The translations under genes and the position numbers were made by a program. The notes under the pieces were generated by a model that was not told the DNA's origin, did no database searches, and saw only the letters and a program-made list of their open reading frames with translations. A stretch of 63,491 bases of DNA, counting the filler, from Sphacelaria rigidula (lineage: Eukaryota): NCBI GenBank assembly GCA_964200075.2. It is 11 parts of 11 records of this genome, joined end to end, with 100 filler letters (N's around TTAATTAATTAA, not from the genome) between each part and the next. Parts side by side here need not be neighbours in the genome. Positions count along the whole stretch, not along the records: positions 23,129 to 28,809 come from CAXNAA020025298.1; positions 28,910 to 34,590 come from CAXNAA020025299.1; 9 more parts are not named here. One strand, 5' to 3'. Below, piece after piece: positions 24,604 to 34,590 of this stretch. Position 1 is the first letter of the stretch, and every line of letters starts with the position of its first letter.

Positions 24604-27347
24604 TCGGCTGTTATTTTCTGGTATCGCCGTTTCCAGAGACAGCCACGGCTTGTGCACTGCGCCATGGGTATCTCACCACTTAAACACTGCGTAGTATGAT
24701 CATCCCCTCTGCGCGGAATTGAGGTTCTTTCACCTCGCACAATATGATCTAGCTCGACCACCATCATGGTTATTGCAAAAAAATATAAGCGCGCGAAAAA
24801 AACGGTAACCTGGTTACCTAGCTTACGCAGTGAGTGGCGTGCTGTTTTACAGCATCATTACCGACCGACGCCAGCCCAAAGCGCGGGTCCGTCTCCACGA
24901 AGCCGGGACGGAGACGCCGGGTTTTTGCCAGACTAGGTGGGTATAGCATACGATCCACGCACGTACCCCCCTGATGCACAGGTGTACAAACGAAAATAAG
25001 ATAAAAAATGAAACAGAATATAACCAAAACAGAATTCAGAGGATAAATTTGAAAAATTCTGCAGTAAAAATAAAACAAGAGAAGATAAGTAAAAGAAAAA
25101 AATAATGAAAGGTAAACGAACTGAATCATACAAAAAGCAAGGAAGTCTTGGGAATCAAAAGGAATGAAATACAACGCGAAATAACGTGAAGGACGAATAC
25201 AAACATAGAAAGAAGAGTAATGTAATGAAGAAACAATTAAAGATATGTATATTGAAAAGTGAACAAATGTTAACAATAACCAAGGCTAACTTCGGTCTAC
25301 CGTTTCGAGGTTGTTGACGCGTACCGCGGTATCCAGCCATCACGGCACTTCGTGGTGGATTTTGGATGACAGTTGATCACCCTGGTACTAAATAAAATAA
25401 AGAATAAGCAAGCAAGAACACGAAATTTCAAGGAAGAAGGGAAATAACCAAAGAAGAGCACGAAGAACAAACAAAAATTAACGACGAAAATAAAACAAAT
25501 TAAACTAAATATCAACACTAAATACATAATACTGTGAACAATAAACAAATGGAAACAAAAAAACCACGGCTCACTTCGGTATGTCGTTTTGAAGTTGGTG
25601 ACGTTTACGACGGCGTCTAGTCATCACGGCAATACATCATCGTGAATTTTGAATGGCGATTGATCACACTGGTACTCATCGGTACAGGAACCAGCCAGCT
25701 TGACATTGCACGGTAGATTTGAGACGGTAATTGGCCACCCTGGTACTCATCGATGAACTGCGACGATAATTTCTACGATACCCCCCCCCCCCCCCAAATG
25801 TGGCTGGTTTGGACAGGCAAAATATTCACGTAAATCGAAATGAAAAAAGCCGAGCATAACGAGCAGCTGGGACTTCCCACGCTGGGGTTTGTTGTCGCCA
25901 ATGTCGCCTATATGAAGCGCTGCATGCAGCCTGGAACCAAACGCCAGGTGCTCTATGACCGTTTTCTTCGTGAGAGATTTGGGCTGGTTTTTGTTTTGGG
26001 GGGAGGGGGGGGCTATCGTAGAAAGTGTCCGATTCGATGCGATCCGGTGAGGATCAGGGCGAGGAAGAAGACAAATTGGGCTCTTGCGTTTCGCCTTCCT
26101 TTGCAAACACGTACTACTGATGTCCCCATGCGCGGGCCTCGATAGGGCATAGCCGGCAATGACGCAGACGATGGCACGCGGCGGGGAACGTTCCACAGGC
26201 GTTCTGTGACGTCGGTGTCTGGGCATGGGATCTAAAGAATCACTGCCAGACTCTCGGGGGATTGCTGGGGCCCAAGTCGGTGACCAAGGCATCCAACGAA
26301 GAACCTCGAGAACTCCACCGCGAGTATCCACCATAAGCTATGCAAGCCCTCATGGTGCGCATGTCACGGCGGCAGCCACTGCCTCCTTAGGTGGAATGCT
26401 TGGTGTAGACATGTCCCCCCGGGTGGGATTTTCAAGTCCCGTGGGAACCGTGCGCAAAAAAAGAGATGTCTCCCCCCGTCCCCGACTCCGAAGGGAGGGG
26501 ATCTCCTCCGACTCCCATCGAATCAACATCGAGGTAGCAGAGAAACGCGAAATATCACCCCCAATTGACTGATGGTCACGTCCACGCGTCGACGTTTTCG
26601 AACAACAACTGTTCAAGGGGGCCTTATCTTTATCAGGATGGAGGGATACGAGAATTCATGTCAGTGCTTTACCGAGTTTTTATTTCAATATGAATTCTGT
26701 GAGGGTTATGAACTGGCAGCTCTGGCCACTTGAGTTTAAACTGGCCGCTGGCGGGAACAGTACATCAATGTTTTCCCGGTTAGTCGGCTATTAACTGGAA
26801 AAAATATCGGCGGCGAGCGGCGAAGGCGCGAGCCCAAGAGTTCGGCTTGTGAGGGGGGCTCGCGGGAGCGCCGCCGGAGGCAAGAATGATTGCCGCAGTT
26901 GGCTTGTTTTCGCTTCAAAAATGTGGATACAGTAGTTGTAAAAAATGTAACCCCTTACATCTAAGGGGCAAAGAGGCTCAGATGACATTCGAATCCTGTC
27001 CAGAGTGGTGAGCGAGTCGAAAATCATTCATCTGTAGCATGTACTACAGCGGCAAAAACTCTAGGTGAGAAGCGGAGGATGGGAACAAGGAAGCCGAGGC
27101 TGGCTGCACGGGGAATGAGAGCGCAAAATTATTTACGTTCGGTTCGGGTCGACAAACACGCACGTGGTTGAATAGCAAGTCATGATACATATTGCATTTT
27201 GTGGTCGCGGGCTACCGTTTTTTTTGTTTTCGGATGCTGTGCAATGAAGTGACAAATCCCCTTTCTTCTTTTCCTCTCCTCATTTTTCGTTTCCCTCTTT
27301 CTATACATTTTGTTTTGGTTTTTCTGCTTGTTTATATATTTTCCGAT

Positions 27348-27703
27348 ACCACAACACAGCCCAGACATGAGCATGAAGTCACGAAGCTTATAATCATCAT
27401 CTTTTCCCCCCTAAACCGACCATAACACAGCCCGGACATGGACATGGAAACACGATCCTAACAATCCTTTTCCTTTGACCGACCATAATACGGCCCGGAC
27501 ATAGACATGAAATGACGAAGCTAACCGTGCTCTTTCTTCAACCTACCATGGCACAGCCCGGATATAGACATGAAATGACGAAGCTAAGCATTCTTTTTGT
27601 TCCTCAATCTACCACAATGCAGCCCGGACATGGACACGAAATAAGGAAGCTAACCGTCTTTTTTCGTATTAACCAGAACACAGTCCGGTCATATACATGA
27701 AAT
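27348..27703. repeat. ~63-70-bp degenerate minisatellite, 6 copies
   Basis: Unit acc..aacacagcccggacat.gacatgaaat.acgaagcta followed by a T-rich segment. Confidence 0.85.
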
Positions 27704-28695
27704 AATAGCGAGAGAACAAAACAAAACTACTGTACTTCTGCATATCGAAGCGGAAGACAACCAAGATTCTTCCCCCCATATCATATCGACTCCTTCCGTC
27801 GCGGCGGCAGGTGCAGGGTGAGGCGGCACACGTTAACAAATAGCACCCTTTGGGGCACGTCTACAGGGTTCAGGGGAACTGTGCAGTGTTTCTCGCGGGG
27901 ATCTGGCTGTAGTTTTCTTTTTTGTACTCCACAGCACGCTTCGCAGGGTTCAGGGAAACTGTGCAGGGTTTTTTGCGGGTATTCGGCTGTAGGATATTCT
28001 TTTGTGCCACACAGGGCGCTTCACAGGGTTTCGTCACTCCGTGTAGAATTCATCGCTGATAATATGCTGTGCAGCCTTTATAGCACGCACACAATATACT
28101 ACATACAACATGGGCATGGTACTGGGACAAAAAACAGTAATGACAGGGGTGGAAATTGAACCCACGAAGTTCTACGCGGAGGTGGACATAATTACCCATT
28201 GAGTTACCTATTTTGTTTATTGTATGGGATAACTTTGTGCTTCTAATCACCATCATACAAAACATCTTGACACAGAAGCATACTCGGTTGAGAGATTTTG
28301 GTAGACTGCGGACGACGGGGTTTTCAAAAGCGATGTGGGCTCATATGCGAGGTATATTCCATCTTCCCAACATCAACGTCTTGAGCGGAAGCGTCGTATC
28401 TAATCTCGTAGGCGTATGGACATACACTAGATCATAATCAGTGTATCGGATCTCGATTCAGCAAAAGCTGTTGAGAATAATTCATCCCTTAGCCCATGTG
28501 CATTGACCGAGGGGCAAAAGGATGGATTATTTTCAACAATTATTTCTGCTTGTCGGATCCCATAAAACAGCCGATCCTAATTTTCGGGGTTGAAACATAA
28601 AATGAGGTTGAAGTCTCATTTCTCTATTGAAGGGAAGATACAAAAGAGTAACACAGAGCAAAAGTATCTTCCCCCCCCAAAATCCGCGGGAGGGC

Positions 28696-28805
28696 TTAAC
28701 CGTCAGACCGCGAGAGTAGGTCACCTGCTGAATCGGCATCAATATTCACTTGGAAAAAGTACACGTGGTCCAGATCGACTACCAACACCGCGGTCCAAGG
28801 GTTAA
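28696..28805. mobile_element. ~100-bp piggyBac-type MITE
   Basis: TTAA-ccgtcagaccgcg...cgcggtccaaggg-TTAA; homologous to 44367-44475 and 61463-61565. Confidence 0.75.
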
Positions 28806-29295
28806 GCAANNNNNNNNNNNNNNNNNNNNNNNNNNNNNNNNNNNNNNNNNNNNTTAATTAATTAANNNNNNNNNNNNNNNNNNNNNNNNNNNNNNNNNNN
28901 NNNNNNNNNACAACCACCCCAACACCAGGCAAAAACAATTCCCAAACTCCCCCCACAATTTTTCAAAAAACACAACACGCGCAAAAAAACCCCCCCCCCC
29001 CCCCCCCCCCCCGACGCGCGCGCGCGGGATGACTCACGTGAAAGAGGTGATTGTCCTCCGGACGTTAGCTTTGTCGTAGTTTCCCTATTCTCTACTTGAT
29101 GTTGTTCTCTTTACCCTCAAGGCGTCCATGTCGTATTGCACATGCAGAGGCGATTCAAGCATGTATCACATGAAAATTGGCATGGGAACCTCGTCATACA
29201 CGTGTTAATTCACACTGACATTCCATCGCAGAAAACAGCTGCTGCAGCGGAAATCATTTTTATGTAACACGTGTTTCCAAGCCTTGCAGTCGTAC

Positions 29296-29379
29296 CTCCG
29301 CAGTAGCCATTGTGGCACGCAAGGCCAGCGCAGCAGTCATAGTAGTCGCAGTGCTCTCCGTACCTGGCGCAGCTACTTC
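29296..29379 (-). CDS. Single 84-nt phase 1-1 exon encoding a cystine-knot-like module (SSCARYGEHCDYYDCCAGLACHNGYCG)
   Basis: Pyrimidine-rich ...ttggcAG acceptor, G|GTACG donor, GC-rich codons. Cys spacing is C-x6-C-x4-CC-x4-C-x4-C. Confidence 0.7.
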
Positions 29380-29478
29380 CTGCCAACCAACACAAGGAAC
29401 GCGAAAAATGGCGCATAAGTGTCAGGTGAACGACATCTCTTTCGTTGGTGTCGAATGATCTTGTATTTTGGAAGGAGA

Positions 29479-29693
29479 TGCAATGCGTGACAGGACCGCG
29501 TGCTTAGAGGATCGCATCGGAATTTGAACATCTCTATGGTTAGGGTTAGGGTCAGGGTTAGTGTTAGGTATATATATGGTCAGGGGCGTGGTACCTCCAG
29601 GGACTGACCCGATTGGTTTTGAAAAACGTCGATCCTGAGGTGTTTTGAACTACCGTGCGGTCCTCTAAGCACGAGTTCCTCTCACGCATTACA
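29479..29693 (+). mobile_element. Telomere-repeat-bearing MITE, full copy, 5-bp TSD GGAGA
   Basis: ~37-bp TIRs (tgtaatgcgtgagaggaccgcgtgcttagaggaccgc consensus), an internal ttagggttagggtcagggttag tract, and GGAGA on both sides. Confidence 0.9.
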
Positions 29694-31180
29694 GGAGACA
29701 AACAGCGCCCAGATGGAAATTGAGGCCTTTGAGTTGAAAAAGCCCCTCACGTTTACTGTTTGGCTTTCTGAGGATTTGGGCATTGATTCACCAATAACTG
29801 CGCAGCCATAGACTTCGACAAACGAGTACACGTTCTTCATGATACGCCAAATACGCAGTACGTACCAACACGGGTTGGCAAGGTGTTGCACAAGAGCAGA
29901 CAGTCTGTATATGAACTCTACCGTCGCACAACGGGGTATTTTGTTTTTTGGGATATGGAGGGTGGTAGGCCAAGTTTCTCCGGCTTGAATTAACTGGGAT
30001 GACGGGATGTTACTGCTTGTGTACAAGGCCGAAATTGAGTATATCAGAGAGTTTAGTAAGATGTTTTTCATCATAGAGATAGAGTGCAGAGTGGAAGCTT
30101 CGAAACTTTAGAGTGGACGTTAAAACCTTCATAGCGGAAACTGATGTGACGTGGCTTGACGTGATTCTTTTGTTGTTGCAGTGATTAGCCGCACATTGCC
30201 CCGCCAAATGTACGATTGACCAGCGTCCAGTTCGAACGTGCATAGGCCGCCACATCACCGACTTTACCGTACACTGCGGCACCGTACGCACCGTATTCTA
30301 CATTTATTCACTGCAGCTGTGGTGCTGTGCAGCGTGGAGTACAGAGAGTGCAATGTTGGAATTTGAGAAACGATAGTTCCGAATATACATACTCAAATTA
30401 GCGGTACAACCAATTACGGTTCATCGTTTGAGCAAAGGTCGTAGGAATAACCGAAGAAGTACGACATTCGTCGTAGAATAATGAATAGCTCTTGTATTGT
30501 ATAGCTCGTATACAGGAAGTCAGCATACTGTCACTATACTGAAGGGTTGAGTACGAAGAGTCTGAAGTATCAACAGTTTGGAGACACAGTTTTATGTTGT
30601 CCAAGAGTTTTGTCGACAGATTGAAATAGCCCCACTCTATTTACTCTCCGAAGCGATCCACCTAAAGGAAGCCTACCAGTTTGTTATCAGTATTCAATGG
30701 AGTAGAGACTGATTGTGTTTGATTCGAGTGACGCCCAGACGAAGCAGCAAGTTCAACAATTTTCTCTCATCGCACAAGCAAGTGATTAACCAACACTGTG
30801 CAGCCTCTGCGAGCTCTCTTGTCAGAGCTGGGTTCACCGGTTGAACCGATCGATCCTGTCAACTGGACAGTTGAACACTGTGTATTGTATACACAGGCCA
30901 CGTTAGCGATATATAAGTTAACAGGTCAGAGCCTCAACACGTCAACAGGCTTTTGTTGTTTGAATACCGTATAGTACCGTAGTCTTCGGCACCAGCAGCC
31001 AGGACGCCCCATCGAGGTCGTCAAACTGCAGCAGGGAAGGAACGTGGTCGTCCCGCCTATCAGCGGGGACATCAAGAGAAAATCGAGGTCTGGATAGTAT
31101 AGTTCCGTCATGAAGACGAAGAAGAAATCTGAGGTGAAGAAACATTGAGGGGTGAATACAAGTAACACAGATTGTGATGG

Positions 31181-33370
31181 ATGGGTTTATCTGGAGAGCC
31201 ATCCGTCACTGAAGTCATAGAGAGTCTCAGTAAGTTTAACGGGACAAATGTCCTCGAGTGGAAACGGCCCGTTCAGGTAGTAGTCTCACTGACAAATCCT
31301 GGAACTTCGGAAATCATTAACGGCAGAAATCATCCTGAAGAGAATTATGGGCTTAGGCAACGACAGGATGCAGGAATTCCACAACTCAGTGCTAGGAGTA
31401 CGTCGAGAGAAAGCCCTGTAGCTACATGTTCTAGAAGCCTTCCATCGGAAGTAGGAACAGAAACGTCTGTAGAGGAGACGTCGACAGTAAGAGTAGCTGT
31501 CTTATCAAGTCAGGCTTCCACAGTTGGAATAGACAGTACTGACACCCACGTACAAGTAGTCAGTAATGCTCAGGAAGTAGCTGATTTCGATCGAAGTAAT
31601 GAAGTGTTGTTTCATATATTGTACCTGACTACAACCGGGCCTGCAAACAACGTTTTGCTGAGGTTCGAACTACAGGGCGCCGATAGACCTGATGGTAAAA
31701 AGGCTTGGGAAGGCGTGATGGCAAAGTACCAGAATCCGTCCAAACAAAAACGTCGAATTCTGATGAGACAGTTGGACAAGTTAACTATGTCGCAGGATGA
31801 GGACCCAGATATATTCCTCTCGAATTTATTTCAAATCAGAGACGAATCAACTAAAATGAATGAGAGCGTAAGAAAGTGATGAACGGTGAACATATATAGT
31901 AATCGAAGGACTAACTGATGATTACAGTCAAATTAAATACGACGCTGGACGAGATCCTGATTTTAGCCTGTCACAAATCGAATCCACTATGAGATATCTA
32001 TATTATGTCAATCGTTTAGCTCGTAGTAAATCAGGGAGAAAATCTGTAGGTAGAGATAGTGCTATGGTTGCAGCATCGCCTGTAGAATATTCTGGGAAGA
32101 AAACAGTACACCAAGTGAGGTGTTTCACGTGTGGTGAGATAGGTCATTCTATGCGTGAATGTAGATCTAGACAGCAGTCTAGTGGTGGTAGACACATAAA
32201 ATGGTGTGCACTGCACAGAACAGCCAACCATGATAACACGAAGTGTAGAAGTCGAAATAGGAATAAGGGCACAGAGAGTAATAATGGCAATATCGGGCAC
32301 AACAGTGATGTCTAGCATAGTAGCAATCTGGAACATAGTTACCCTGGACACAAGTACATATTCAGACCCTACAAATGCACAATCTTCTCATGCAAGTGCA
32401 TCATCGGCACAACTGGTTGGTGTTTCGACTACAAGCGGGATGAGATTTACCTTCATCACAGAGCCTGTAGATGATGGCAGTAGAAAAGTAGCCGTGTCAA
32501 CCAACACAACACGGGATCTTACAGATTGGGGATGGATCATGTATTGGAGATGAGAAACCCGAAGGATATAAATCTTCGTATCCACACGAGATTTTCGAAA
32601 TATGATTCCATTTCTTCACCTACTGATAGCTATTGACAACTGCTACACGCTATAGAAATTTGGATTTCGATCACCGAAATGTTGGGGTCATGGGTGGAAA
32701 ACCAATTTCAGAACCATTTTGGCATCCGTTCGGACACCCGAATTTCCCCAAAATTGGTGTTTCACCTAGAACTCCAAAATTTCGGTGATCGAAATCCAAA
32801 TTTGTACAGCGTGTAGCAGTTGTCGAAAGCTATCAGTAGGTGAAGAAATGGAACCATATTCCGAATATTTCGTGTAGATACGAAGATTTTAATCCTCAGG
32901 GTTTCTCATCCCCAATGAATGATCCATCCCCGATTTGTAAGATCCCGAGGATTCCTCGTTTTCAGTAATATTCTACTCAGGGGCAGCCACTCACTGCGTG
33001 GACAGTACTTATGTCTAGTTCAGTCTGCCAATAAGTATACGAACAGCAGGAGAACACCTGATGACAGGAACAGGTAAAGGCGTTATACACACGATAGTGG
33101 TAAATACCAATGGCCATGAGCGGTCCGTGCGTTTGCCAGCCATTGTAGTACCCAAGTGAGGGAAACATTTATTTTCGCCTCGCGAAGCACTCAAGAAATG
33201 TAAGTACTATTTTTTCAGCAGATCCACATGTTGATTTGGCAAAGTTTCAAGTTCCAATGAATGTTGATAACAGCGGGATATTAAGGAGTATAGGTATGAA
33301 ATCGTCCACGAGGGTAATTCACGTAGCTCAGCGCTAACAACTACGGTAGTATCAGGAGAATCAACGAGCA
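31181..33370 (+). pseudogene. Decayed copia gag (UBN2-like, CCHC knuckle) and protease
   Basis: KFNGTNVLEWK...DGKKAWEGVMAKY...MSQDEDPDIFL; CFTCGEIGHSMREC; WCALHRTANHDNTKC; degenerate (D>Y)SGAATH. Contains stops, frameshifts and a MITE insertion. Confidence 0.85.
32512..32947. mobile_element. 436-bp foldback (almost fully palindromic) MITE inserted in the copia element
   Basis: cgggatcttaca.at.ggggatggatca... is inverted over about 200 bp per arm. Confidence 0.9.
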
Positions 33371-34137
33371 TAGGCAGAGATTTGCTAATCAGTGAGAGAG
33401 CAACAGTAGACCGAGAATCGCGTAGGAAGCAGAAAAGCAGCAGTAAGCGTAAGATATCATCGATGAAGTCTAAGACGGTAAATCAGAATAAGAGTAGATA
33501 CGACTCTACAAGTAAGGAAAATAACATTTTTCACCAGCACAGTAAGAGGCAACAACAGCAGTCATTTTCACGACATAAAGCAGCGTATATGAAAGAGATA
33601 CTGGGGATCAAGGGTGTAGTAGAGTCGTTATCAGGCAAACAACTGCAAAGTAAGCAGAAGGACGCATGGTCAGCGAGTAACAACAGGAGATCAGTTCAAT
33701 CACCTGTATACCTGAACAGTAGATCGGTAGAATCGCCTGCATACATCAACAGCAAGGAGGATACACATGTACTTGAAATAGAAACAGCGTGATCGCAGTT
33801 TTGTTTATTTCCAAACCACCCAAAGTAATGCAAACAGTAGGTTCGTCAATTTTCAGCGACAAGGAATCACGGACCAAGGACAAATATGAGAACCATTCGA
33901 TCGTCATGGACAACAGCGACGACGTCAACACCAAGAAGCAGCAGACAAATATACTACGGACTAATGTTTTGGGTATAACGTAGAGTAGTAAATGATGGAG
34001 AATAAGCATCATCGACGACGGCGTAGTGTAGCAACGATCGAGTGAGGAGCAAGAACAGAGGAGAGCAACTTCGAGGACATCAACGGAGTGGATACGAGTA
34101 ATCGATGCGTTTTTATGGAGGAAGATACGAGTATAAT

Positions 34138-34282
34138 GCAGTAAGGTGCAGTAAGGCAGAGTAGAGTACAGTAAGGCACAGTAGAGTACAGTAAAGTACA
34201 TTAAAGTACATTAAAGTACAGTAAAGTACAGTAAAGTACAGTAAAGTACAGTAAAATACAGTAAAGTACAAGTGGAGTACAG
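34138..34282. repeat. 10-bp tandem repeat (CAGTAAAGTA)n in the copia 3' region
   Basis: Seen directly. Confidence 0.9.
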
Positions 34283-34461
34283 TATACACGTTGGATAGGA
34301 ATGAGGGTGAGATATATATGTATATATATATATTCAAAATATAATTTCGAAGGGCGTGTTGGAATTTGAGAAACGATAGTTAACACTATATTCGTGAGAT
34401 TCAAAGTGTAGTTTCAGATTCAGAGTCAGGATTTCAAACGGAAGAGAACTGTTTTCTTTGT

Positions 34462-34590
34462 GGTCGATTCTTATGCGAAACAGTTCGCGTCACTAATCCG
34501 CCAACATTGGAGGCTGTGAAAATGCGCACGTTCATTACTCGGATTGATTGGTTGATTAGTGACGCGACCTGTTTTGCATAAGAATCGACC
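34462..34590. mobile_element. ~130-bp MITE with ~36-bp TIRs
   Basis: ggtcgattcttatgcgaaacagttcgcgtcactaatc ... gattagtgacgcgacctgttttgcataagaatcgacc. Confidence 0.7.

Larger units (their letters stand above)
30354..34381 (+). mobile_element. Internally deleted Ty1/copia LTR retrotransposon (5' LTR about 30354-30923; 3' LTR start 34357, only 25 bp shared)
   Basis: TGTTGGAATTTGAGAAACGATAGTT occurs at 30354 and 34357, the latter after purine-rich gaagggcg. The 5' LTR ends ...TAACA. Gag and a decayed protease lie inside; no integrase or RT found. Confidence 0.8.

Noticed and set aside
24818..25548. Hydrophobic Phe/Leu/Ile-rich ORFs as membrane proteins (also 10427-11002, 18087-18854)
   Set aside because: They are translations of A-rich low-complexity or LINE antisense sequence.
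27348..27703. CRISPR-like array
   Set aside because: The repeats are degenerate, the spacers resemble each other, there are no cas genes, and the context is eukaryotic.
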